A DNA stretch of 64,000 nucleotides from Eledone cirrhosa. Lineage: Eukaryota. Each line of letters opens with the position of its first letter. Position 1 is the stretch's first letter. The stretch spans positions 286,936,001 through 287,000,000 of the forward strand of contig OZ024741.1 of the NCBI GenBank assembly GCA_964016885.1. Reading direction: 5' to 3'. A program made the position numbers and the translations under genes. Below, in pieces: positions 1-11,085 of the stretch. The notes beneath the pieces are model-generated. The model worked only from the letters and a program-made list of their open reading frames with translations, searched no databases and was not told the origin of the DNA.

Positions 1-155
1 CAAAAAATATATAAAAATACATCATACGTATCATTTAAAGTCAACAAATTGTGCCTAAATTATTTCACAGGGTAAGAAAAAAATATAATAATACCATATA
101 ATAAATTATAGTATGGTGAAAAAATATATATATAAATATATATGATATAGACAAC

Positions 156-368
156 AAATATACAGAGGTATAAGCAGTTCAAATTCATACAATATTACAT
201 ATCAATACTTCAATACCGGACACATACTTATAATTCAATTACATATAATATAATAATATTAAATATTTCAATAAATATACAGAGGTATAGGCAGCTCAAA
301 TCCATATAATATTACATATCAGTACTTCAATACCGGACAACATACTTATAATTCAATTACATATAACA
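156..368. repeat. ~117-bp diverged tandem duplication (2 units)
   Basis: aaatatacagaggtata.gcag.tcaaat...caataccggac...catacttataattcaattacatataa starts at 156 and again at 273. Confidence 0.8.
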
Positions 369-656
369 TAATATAATATATTAATATTAATATTTCAATA
401 GCAGACACACAATATCAAGGGAAAAAGCTTAAGACATATTTACGCGATGAATTCAAGGACACATGTAATAGATGTAGGAAAGACAGACAGTAAGTGGTAG
501 TAAAATAAAATAAGACGAAAACAAAAACAAAAAAAACAAGCACAGACACAAAATCACGTGGGCGCTACAAACCGTTAGGTAAATATAGATGATATTACTA
601 TTCTAAAACAAAAAAATGAAATGAAACCCTTATTAATTTAATTAATATTATAATAG

Positions 657-860
657 TTGAATATTGTTAAGGATTTTAAAGCGAATGAGTCTATACTTGT
701 CCCGGCTGACAAGACTAAGAATCTTTACTCTATGGATTATATTGCCTACCGTAATTTTATTTATAAGGAGCTACATAAAATTTATAAAAAGACAACGCAG
801 GATAATTTAGATCAAATTAATAATGAGGGCCTCAAGATAGTTTCGAGTCTGGGTCTGGAA
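657..860 (+). pseudogene. Penelope-like element fragment, region N-terminal to the RT core
   Basis: Translation ILVPADKTKNLYSMD...YKK...QINNEGLKIVSSLGL matches the ADK(T/G) pre-RT motif of PLE ORFs; truncated on both sides. Confidence 0.7.
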
Positions 861-1002
861 CGATACAGAGAAGATTTGCATGAATCCTGTACAAGGATGA
901 CACGTAAATTCGTGAAGCATTTCATATTTTTCTAATGGCAATGCCCCAGCATGGCCTCAACCTGTCGGGTGTTATACATAATAGAGTAATAGAGTATTCT
1001 AT

Positions 1003-1098
1003 TGAAGTGGATTGGCAGAATCATTAGAACGTCGTACAAAGTTCAGGTATTTTACGTTTTGAGTTCAATTCCCGCCGAGGTCAACTTTGGCTTTTATC
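1003..1098 (+). mobile_element. tRNA-derived SINE, 5' half, interrupted by the Helitron-like palindrome; continues at ~2683-2780
   Basis: gagttcaattcccgccgaggtcaactttg B-box core shared with SINEs at 44763, 44953 and 54438; the ctttc..gataaaataa..cag body resumes at 2683. Confidence 0.75.
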
Positions 1099-1104
1099 TA
1101 TATA

Positions 1105-1880
1105 CTAGCAGTAAAGCCCGGCGTTGCTCGGGGTCGCTCAGTAGCTGTGTTAAAGTTACAATGTTAAGTTTCTTTTTTGGCTTAAAAACTGTAGTGTCTA
1201 CTGTGAAGACTTGCATGTGGTGTTTTTGATTAATATTCCCTCAACCAACAATATGCCTTATGAAGTTAAGAAAACATAACGATAACTCGAATGTTATAAC
1301 AAAAGAGGATGCTGGGGATAAAAACTGCACTGGTTACTTATTAACAAAGATCGAAAATGTAAACACTGCAACGCAGAGAAAAACATTAGCGTAACCAAAT
1401 TATCAGTTATGTCTGTCTGCACGCCTATATCACCTCTCTGCACGACTGTCTGTCTGCACGCCTGAAATATTTGCTTGTTTTACGTAGTCTTTAAATAGAC
1501 TTGTTTTCAAGTAAAAATATTGTTTTAAAATGCTTTTAAATGGAAATGAAGCAAAACGGAAGCTTAGTGTTCGAACTGATGAATTTTGCAGGTCAATATT
1601 TTGCTGGCTCGAACGCTGAGAAAGCCAACGTAATTTTTTACGTAAGACGCTCAATGTAAACAGAACAAAGGGAAATAACTGATAACTTACGCTCAAAATA
1701 CATTATATTCGATTTCGTCACATAGGGTGGGTCAATTTGAAATATTTTTTTTCCAATGTCTTCGCTAGGGCTCAATGTACAAGTATAGCAATTTCGGTGC
1801 AATTCCGTGAGAGATTCTAAGAGGAGATGTGTGCCAAAAATCGATAGACAGACAGACAACCACAGTTTTATATATATAGA
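1105..1880 (-). mobile_element. Non-autonomous Helitron-like element with an internal ~250-bp extra segment
   Basis: Minus strand starts TCTATATATATAAA and ends with hairpin cccgagcaacgccggg then CTAG; near-identical inverted copy at 2157-2682. Confidence 0.75.
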
Positions 1881-2156
1881 TATAAAGCTGTGGTTGTCTG
1901 TCTGTCTATCGATTTTTGGCACACATCTCCTCTTAGAATCTCTGACGGAATTGCACCGAAATTGCTATACTTGTACATTGAGCCCTAGCGAAGACATCGG
2001 AAAAAAAAAATTTCAAATTGACCCACCCTATGTGACGAAATCGAATCTAATGTATCGATTTTTGAGCGTAAGTGACGAGTTATTTCCCTTTGTTCTGTTT
2101 ACATTGAGCGTCTTACGTTGTTTTTCTCTGCGTTGCAGTGTTTACATTTTCGATCT
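1881..2156 (+). mobile_element. 3'-truncated Helitron-like copy in tandem with 2157-2682
   Basis: Repeats the first ~275 bp of 2157-2682 and stops at tttcgatct. Confidence 0.75.
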
Positions 2157-2682
2157 TCTATATATATAAAGCTGTGGTTGTCTGTCTGTCTATCGATTTT
2201 TGGCACACATCTGCTCTTAGAATCTCTGACGGAATTGCACCGAAATTGCTATACTTGTACATTGAGCCCTAGCGAAGACATCGGAAAAAAATATTTCAAA
2301 TTGACCCACCCTATGTGACGAAATCGAATCTAATGTATCGATTTTTGAGCGTAAGTGACGAGTTATTTCCCTTTGTTCTGTTTACATTGAGCGTCTTACG
2401 TTGTTTTTCTCTGCGTTGCAGTGTTTACATTTTCGATCTTTGTTAATAAATAACCAGTGCAGTTTTTATCCCCAGCATCCTCTTTTGTTATAACATTCGG
2501 GTTATCGTTATGTTTTCTTAACTTCATAAGGCATATTGTTGGTTGAGGGAATATTAATCAAAAACACCACATGCAAGTCTGCACAGTAGACACTACAGTT
2601 TTTAAGCCAAAAAAGAAACTTAACATTGTAACTTTAACACAGCTACTGAGCGACCCCGAGCAACGCCGGGCTTTACTGCTAG
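2157..2682 (+). mobile_element. Complete non-autonomous Helitron-like unit (~525 bp)
   Basis: 5' TCTATATATATAAA, internal (gtct)n, subterminal hairpin 2655-2670, CTAG 2679-2682 followed by T. Confidence 0.8.
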
Positions 2683-2825
2683 TCTTTCGATAAAATAATA
2701 TATCGATAAAATAATGTATCAGTCATATACTAGAAGTTGATATAATCGACTTACCCTCCCAGCAAATTACTGACCTTAACCCAAAATGAGAATCCATCGT
2801 TATTCTGTTTCGAAAGACTGGTCTT

Positions 2826-2830
<5 letters not shown>

Positions 2831-2908
<78 letters not shown>

Positions 2909-3240
2909 AGGAGAGAAAGAAAGAGAGAAGGGGATAGAAAGAAAAAAGAGAGGGAGAGAGAAAGAGAGGGAGAGAGAGGAGAGGAGAGGAGAGGAGAGAG
3001 AGAGATGACGAAAAAAGAGGAAGGGAGAGAGGGGAAGGGAGAGAGAGAGAGGGGTGGTGGTGAGGGCGGCGGCGGTGGTGGTGGTAGTGGTGGTGGTGGT
3101 GATGACTGTGGTGGTGGTAGTGGTGGAGGTGGTGGTGGTGGAGGCGGTGATGGTGGTGGTAGTGGTGGTGGTGGTTGCTGTAGTGGTGGTGTTGGTGGAG
3201 GCGGTGGTGGGGTTGGTGGTGGTGGAGAAAAAGAAGAGAG
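2831..3240. repeat. (GA)n, purine-rich and (GGT)n simple repeats
   Basis: Direct inspection. Confidence 0.95.
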
Positions 3241-3388
3241 ATAGTAGTAATAAGAAACGATCAAAGGTCGCTCAGCTTTTCTATATTTGCATATATTTCC
3301 AGAACCTTCCACAGGATCTCAACTGTTTTGGATATTGCTGTCTTCTAATGAAGTTCTGTATGCATCTCAATTCCAATATTTTCCAAAT

Positions 3389-3389
3389 T

Positions 3390-3440
<51 letters not shown>

Positions 3441-4945
3441 TACTACTACAACTGCCGCCGAGGTGGTGGTGGTGGTGGCGATGACGGTGGTAGTGGTGGT
3501 GTAGGTTTTGGTGGTGGTGGTGATGGTGGTGGTGGTGTAGGTAGTGGTGGTGGTGGTGGTGGTGGTGGTGGTGGTGGTGGTGGTGGTAGTGATGGTGGTA
3601 GTGGTGTAGGTAGTGGTGGTGGTGGCGATGACGGTGGCGGTGGTAGTGGTGGTGGTGGTGATGGTGGTGGTGGTGTAGGTAGTGATGGTGGTGGTGGTGG
3701 TGGTGGTGGTGATGGTGGTGGTGGTGGTGGTGTAGGTAGTGGTGGTGGTGGTGGTGGTGTAGGTAGTGATGGTGGTGGTGGTGGTGGTGATGGTGGTGGT
3801 GGTGTAGGTAGTGGTGGTGGTGGTGGTGGTGGTGGTGGTGGTGGTGGTGATGGTATGGTGGTGGTGTAGGTAGTGGTGGTGATGGTGGTGGTGCTGGTGG
3901 TGGTGGTGATGGTGGTGGTGGTGTAGGTAGTGGTGGTGGTGGTGGTGGTGATGGTGATAGTGGTGTAGGTAGTGGTGGTGGTGGTGGTGGTGGTGATGGT
4001 GGTAGTGGTGTAGGTAGTGGTGGTGGTGGTGGTGGTGGTGGTGGTGATGGTGGTAGTGGTGGTAGTGGTGTAGGTATTGGTGGTGGTGGTGGTGGTGGTG
4101 GTGGTGGTGGTGGTGGTGATGGTGGTGATGGTGGTAGTGGTGTAGGTATTGGTGGTGGTGGTGGTGGTGGTGATGGTGGTAGTGGTGTAGGTAGTGGTGG
4201 TGGTGGTGGTGGTGGTGGTGGTGATGGTGGTAGTGGTGTAGGTAGTGGTGGTGGTGGTGGTGGTGGTGATGGTGGTAGTGGTGTAGGTAGTGGTGGTGGT
4301 GGTGGTGGTGGTGGTGGTGATGGTGGTAGTGGTGGTAGTGGTGTAGGTATTGGTGGTGGTGGTGGTGGTGGTGGTGGTGGTGGTGGTGGTGATGGTGGTA
4401 GTGGTGTAGGTAGTGGTGGTGGTGGTGGTGGTGGTGGTGGTGATGGTGGTAGTGGTGGTAGTGGTGTAGGTATTGGTGGTGGTGGTGGTGGTGGTGATGG
4501 TGGTAGTGGTGTAGGTAGTGGTGGTGGTGGTGGTGGTGGTGGTGGTGATGGTGGTAGTGGTGTAGGTAGTGGTGGTGGTGGTGGTGGTGGTGATGGTGGT
4601 AGTGGTGTAGGTAGTGGTGGTGGTGGTGGTGGTGGTGGTGGTGGTGATGGTGGTAGTGGTGTAGGTAGTGGTGGTGGTGGTGGTGGTGGTGATGGTGGTG
4701 GTGGTGTAGGTAGTGGTGGTGGTGGTGGTGATGGTGGTAGTGGTGTAGGTAGTGGTGGTGGTGGTGGTGGTGGTGATGGTGGTGGTGGTGTAGGTAGTGG
4801 TGGTGATGGTGGTGGTGGTGGTGGTGATGGTGGTAGTGGTGTAGGTAGTGGTGGTGGTGGTGGTGGTGGTAGTAGTGGTGTAGGTAGTGGTGATGGTGGT
4901 GGTGGTGGTAGTAGTGGTGTAGGTAGTGGTGGTGGTGGTAGTGGA
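3389..4945. repeat. (TAC)n followed by ~1.5-kb compound (GGT)n satellite
   Basis: Higher-order unit (ggt)n-gat-ggtggt-agtggtgtaggtagt; the poly-T/P/G ORFs here are artefacts. Confidence 0.95.
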
Positions 4946-5252
4946 GAAAAGATTCAGTAAGGATATATGTGACACTTAAGGTAGTTCATTGAGACTGAAG
5001 CAAATATATTGACTCGGCAAATTGAATTTTCTAAGCGGCATTTATCTTCCATACAATAGATGCTGTTCTCAGTATATCTAATATCATTGGTGTAACATGC
5101 ACACATATATGTATATATATGTGTATGTGTGTGTGTGTGTGTGTATGTAGGTATATGTATATATACAATATCTACATACACACACATATATATACATACA
5201 TTATACATACATGTATACACACACACATATACATATATATATACATATATAT

Positions 5253-5300
<48 letters not shown>

Positions 5301-5352
5301 CATACATGTTTTTATATATATATATATATATATACATTATACATACATGTTT

Positions 5353-5383
<31 letters not shown>

Positions 5384-5769
5384 AACACACACACACACAA
5401 ACACACATATATATATATATATATATAAATATCCTAATTGATTGTTTTGAGTTAGAAGACTTAATATTCACGTAAGTTGGGAAGCAAGGCGTTTGTATTA
5501 ATAAATTATTTAATATAAAGTTAAGGCGATGACTAGGTTAGAATATAAAAATATTCGGCCCTGAATGTTTGTAGTTGTTGTTTAACCCCTGGTTGGCTCT
5601 CATTGAGTCACAATGATCATCTTTTGATGATAATTTGTTTTCCTTAGGTATCATGTTTCTATGGTATGTAAGGACCCGTAACTCCTGATAGAGTCGTAGA
5701 ATCGATAGTTTAAACTTGGCATAGTCCATTTCTTCTTCAGGTTTGAACATTACCGATTTCTGCTAGAAG

Positions 5770-5800
<31 letters not shown>

Positions 5801-6959
5801 GGGGGGGGGGGGCAGAATGAGGGGGGGGGTGAGAGAGAAGGGGCAGAATGAGAGGGGGGGGGGGGCAGAATGACAGAGAGAGTACTAGACTGATACTTTT
5901 TTTTATCAACCTCGAATGAATATCGCAAAGCAAGATATAATTTAAGGGAAACATGGCTATTTTATTTTTAGCAAACATTTCCTTGTTGGATAGCTGTTTA
6001 CTTTAGGCGCATTAACTTTGCACTTGTGAGTTTGTACTGAATCAGAAAGCTATAAATAATTTACACCAAGAAGCAGAAGATTATTTAATACCAGGTATTG
6101 GCTAACCGTTTCTTTCTGTGTCGGTTACTACCAAGACTTCTGGTGTTTTGGGTCCACGGACTACTGTTTTCCTCTGCTAAATCGAGAGGAAGACCTCACA
6201 TTTGAGGAAGAAAGAATCTGATGAAGTGGAATGATCCATGCAACGATAGGCTCGCTGGCTGTTCTCTGTGGTAATATTTTCGCCATCTTGACCAGCAAAG
6301 TATATAGAGTTTGCCTTCTCTCCATTTTTCCTCTTCTTCTTTTTATTTTTTATTTCTTCTTCCTTTTCTATTTCTCTGTTTGTAAATTTATACAGTTAAA
6401 GAAATTTTATTTTTAATGAAAAGGTTGCTTAAAGTTAAATGTTAAAGTTGTTGGTTGGTTGGTTGTTGTTATTTTTGTTTAGCTTCAAGCCATTGGAGGT
6501 ATTCTAAGTATTCTAGGCAAAAATAATCTCTTTTTTCCAGACATCTTACATTGCATTATCCAAAGAGTCCTTAGAGGGAGATTTGACTGTTATTTCTAGT
6601 AAGTCAAGTGACCACATAGATGCGTCCTCATTGGGGCACCAGTCAGTAGAATTCAGGAGCGGGTGATTGATCCATGAAATTTTTCTGATTTCAAACCCAG
6701 TTAGAATTGGATTTGATGCAACGAACATATCAGTAATCTAATGGTATCAATTTGTTCTTGAGCAAAACACTCTATTTCACTTTGCTCCTGTCCACACAGC
6801 TGAAAATGAGAACGAGCCATAGTCTGGGATGGACTGCCATTCTGCACAGGTGTATCGGATGTACTCACAGTCGCTTAACGCCAAAGAGACCAGGATAGGC
6901 TCTGACTTACTAATGGCCAGGCTTGGAGCAGACTTCAACACTACGATAGACAAACGTTC

Positions 6960-7247
6960 GGTTCAGGGATCTAAAATCTCTCTTAAGCCAGAAGGTTCAT
7001 TAGGCCGGTGCTTATCGCGGTTTCATGGCGTGAAGCAACTGAGAATACAAGACTTCCTCTGGACAGGACATCAGTCCATCACAAGGTTAAACTCCCAGCT
7101 ATTGCTGGTACTCATTTTTAGCTGAGTATACTGGAGCAACGTGAAATGAAGTGTTTTGCTCAAGAACATAACAAGCAACTCAGCCCAGGAATCGAACCCA
7201 CGACATGATCGTAAGTCCAACACACTTAGCACTCGACCACGCTCCTC
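6960..7247 (-). mobile_element. tRNA-derived SINE (second family)
   Basis: Reverse complement gives gcgtggtcgagtgctaag A-box, gggttcgattcc B-box, then ttcttgagcaaaacacttcatttcac core, also seen near 6755 and 60326. Confidence 0.75.
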
Positions 7248-7371
7248 CACTCAGGATGCTGACTGGATCTCTTAGTCACTTAGCACAAATGAAACCGGAA
7301 TAAGTTCCAACCTGGTGAGCCTCCAGGCTTGGAACAGACTTTAACTTCATTTTTAACTAACTCTTTCCCAG

Positions 7372-7589
7372 ATATACAAACATTGATCGTGCATCTGGTG
7401 AGAAGTTATAATATTTATTATAATATTATTTGCAGACAGCTAGCTAATCACAGCCAACCAATATCGAAGATGATTTCGCGGTTGTTAATACTTTAACAAA
7501 TTCTCTATCAGGAAAATTCCATCTTGAAACCATTCGAGTGAAATTAATCAACATAGAAAGAGAAAAAGATGGTCGCTGGAGCTGCTCAG
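7372..7589 (+). CDS. Tentative pair of host exons (7372-7397 and 7454-7589), possibly Ig-like
   Basis: ctaactctttcccag|, ctg|gtgaga, cacag| and cag|gtgaga sites; phases compatible; peptide [53 protein letters not shown]; intron only 56 nt, no homology checked. Confidence 0.25.
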
Positions 7590-7789
7590 GTGAGAAAATG
7601 CAAACAAAAGAAAAGTAGAAAGAAATAGAGATATAACGTAAAGAGAGAGAAACAAAGGATTTTAGAGAGAAAGATAGAAAGAAAGAAAGATTTGAAAGTA
7701 GAGAGGCCGAAAATGCACGAGAAGAGAAAATTGGGAGTTTGAAGAAAAAAGCGTGGTAAAGATGAATAAAAGTAATGTGAAGAAGGGAA

Positions 7790-7803
7790 GTGTGAGAGTG
7801 AGT

Positions 7804-7891
<88 letters not shown>

Positions 7892-8209
7892 TAGAGAGAG
7901 AGAGAGAAAGAGAGAGAGAGAGGAGGGAGAAGGAGAAAGGGAGTGAGATGGAAGCAGAAGGAGAGAGAAAAAAAGATTGTGAGATGGTGGGAGAGGAAAA
8001 AAGAAAATCGGAAGAAAAATTCTAAAGCGTATATATATATGTGTGTGTGTGTGTTTGTGTGTGTTTGTGTGTCTGTGTGTATATGTATATGTATATATAT
8101 ATTTATATATACGTATATATATGTGTATGTATATATATATATGTATATATAATATATATATATATACATATATACATATATGTATATATATATGTATATA
8201 TGTATATAT

Positions 8210-8278
<69 letters not shown>

Positions 8279-8288
8279 TGTATATATG

Positions 8289-8336
<48 letters not shown>

Positions 8337-8448
8337 TACATATATATATACATACATATATATATATATATATACATATATATATACATATATACATATA
8401 TATATATATACATATATACATATATATATATATGTATATATATAAATA

Positions 8449-8526
<78 letters not shown>

Positions 8527-8690
8527 TGAAACAGGTAAAAGAGTAATATATATATATATAAATAATTATATATATATATATATATGTGTATATATATACA
8601 TATATACATGTATATATGTGTATATATAAATAAAATATATATATATGTATAGATAGAGAGAGAGAGGGAGGAGAGGAAGAGAGAGGGAAG
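7790..8690. repeat. (GA)n, (TG)n, (TA)n compound microsatellite
   Basis: Direct inspection. Confidence 0.95.
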
Positions 8691-8855
8691 GAAGAAATGT
8701 AGATGGTGTGTTTAAGTAGGAATGAGTTGACCATAAATCTGCCATATGAAGACAAGCTAAGGGAGATAATATTAATACTTCTGTCTCACTGTTTGTCCAA
8801 GTGTGATGAGATCAGATGTTATACAGTATTTACACTCTACTTATTGCAATTTTAC

Positions 8856-8913
<58 letters not shown>

Positions 8914-8920
8914 CTCTATC
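8856..8920. repeat. (TATC)n microsatellite directly 5' of LINE copy 1
   Basis: Direct inspection. Confidence 0.95.
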
Positions 8921-9137
8921 AGTCGTGTGTCACTTCGCGGAGAAGTTTCCGTTAATTTATGTAAGAAAAAAACGTGAGTTTTTAGTTAAATTTTATATCA
9001 TTGTGTAACTTGATCACCCGTCTGGACCTTCAGCTGGTGGGTCAACTCATTTTCGCTCTTTCTGGGGCGGAATATCCATTTAAAAAATTTTTCTCCATCG
9101 AATCTTGGAAAAAATATTGTAAAATTTTGATTACGTT

Positions 9138-11052
9138 ATGAACGCTGCGTCCAACGATAATGGTGGTGGAGAGGCGGTAAGACTACAAAGCTCGCAGTCA
9201 ACAACGTCTTCTTCACTAGATACTATAGAGATGGAAAGACAAAATGAAAATAAAAAAACGAATTCATATCCAAACAACACAAATGACACCAAACAGTTCA
9301 ATGACAACAAAAATAACAGCAAAACCAATAATGATGATAAAAGCAACAATGATAACAACAACAAAGAAAAAAATAAAGATAACGCCAATAACACCAGCAT
9401 CAAAGACAACAACAACACCAAGGAAAATACGGATGATACCAACATCGGTGACAACAAGAATAACAACAAGAATAACAACAATAATGACAACACCACCAAT
9501 ACGGATTCCACAAAGAAACCAAAAATCTCCTTTGCGGAGAAAGTTCAAAAGAAAGAAGAATTGATATATCTCGACATAACAAATGCTGAACAACTTTTAA
9601 AGGACGCTAAGAGATATGTCACTTTCGATAAAAATGGTGCTTTCAGCATCAATTCTCCGGTAGAAATTCGCAAGGAAACTGCTCTCAAAACGATAGTTTT
9701 TAGGACAGTTTCCAATTCTACCCGAAAACCAGTCCAATTGTCACAGAAAGAAATTGAACTGGTTTTCAAAAATTCAATGAATGATATTGCATTCATTCAA
9801 AGAAGCAAACTTTTTGGGAGTATTTCGGTACTCATGAAGGATCAATTGACGGCCCAAAATTACTCTGTGTCGCCAATTGTATCCAACCTGTACACCTTTT
9901 TCCCTACATACATGGGAAAAAGGACACAAAAGATCAGAATCACAAGTGTCACACCAAAGGTGAACATATGGTGGATACTGTGCGGCTTCATCAATTTTGA
10001 TGAAGACAGAATACTGTCAGTAGGAAAGTCCCCCAGAGATGTATTCAATGGGACTAGCATTGAAGTTCTGGTGCAAATGAGCCCAGAGCGAATAGCTATG
10101 ATTCCACAGCGTGTACTCCTGGACGGACTCACCTACATAAACCTTTCGGTTGAGGGTAGGCGGCCTTCATGTTACCATTGCTTTAGCAGGGGTCACCTGA
10201 GGGCTTCCTGTCCTAAATTAATGAATCAAAAAAGGCTCTTCTGCCGACACCCATCAAAACAACACAACCACCAACACCACCACAACAACAACAACACCAA
10301 CACACAAAAATAACCACAACAAACACAGTCCCACACAATCCCACTCCACCTAAAACCACTGCAAAATCACATACAGACACAACAGCACCCCAAATCATAC
10401 CCCTCCCAATCACACAGACCATACAACAGATGAGGCTATCTCGCCATCACCCAGTGAAGACGAGGGAGAACCCCATCGCTCGAAAAGAAAGAAAAGACAT
10501 CACAAAAGCAAAAAACCAGCAAACACTACCACAAACATACAACCACCAACACAAACAACAAAAACATCACAAACAAAACCCCCACCTCCCGAAAACAAAA
10601 TACCTACAACAAAACGAAAGCACACACAAGAACTACAGACAAAAACAAACACAACACAAGAAAATTACACTTACACTTACATAAACACTGAAAACAAAAC
10701 ACTAATGGAGACCATCACGAACGACCCTTCGGTGAAAACCGAAGGGAAAACTTTCGCCCACTCTATTAAAAATAACAAAAAACTGAACCTAAAACTGATT
10801 AGGGTCCCTATACAAACTTATAGGTCCCTAAAAGAAACATTTGAGAAGGATGTGGGGAATTCCTGCGTGAAACCACTCAACCGCGTCCTTCTCAAATGTC
10901 TCCCCACCCCAGACACCCCCATCCCACCAGACCCCACCCCACCAAACATCTCCGTCCCCACCCCGCCGGAAACCACCACCCATCCAGACAACCCCTCCAA
11001 CACTCCCATGGAAATCGTGCGGCCTGGTCCCCAGGAGGCGAAGGGTGAGTGA
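9138..11052 (+). pseudogene. LINE ORF1 (N-rich N-terminus, RRM-like region, zinc knuckle, T/P/K-rich C-terminus), frameshifted
   Basis: CYHCFSRGHLRASC knuckle; split across ORFs 9138-10313 and 10705-11052; homologous to ORF1 of copies 2 and 4. Confidence 0.85.
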
Positions 11053-11085
11053 TCTCTTTTCCTCTTTTAACTTTGCAGCACCAAC

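Noticed and set aside
20-72. Minus-strand hammerhead-like remnant (CTGTGA...GATAcgTA), related sequence near 56295
   Set aside because: Two core defects and no good stem I
3054-4975. Gly-rich or Thr/Pro-rich mucin-like ORFs
   Set aside because: Trinucleotide satellite open in several frames, with no signal peptide or splice support
5538-5762. Minus-strand 70-aa ORF after a pyrimidine tract
   Set aside because: No donor site or recognisable domain; 3' part looks repeat-derived
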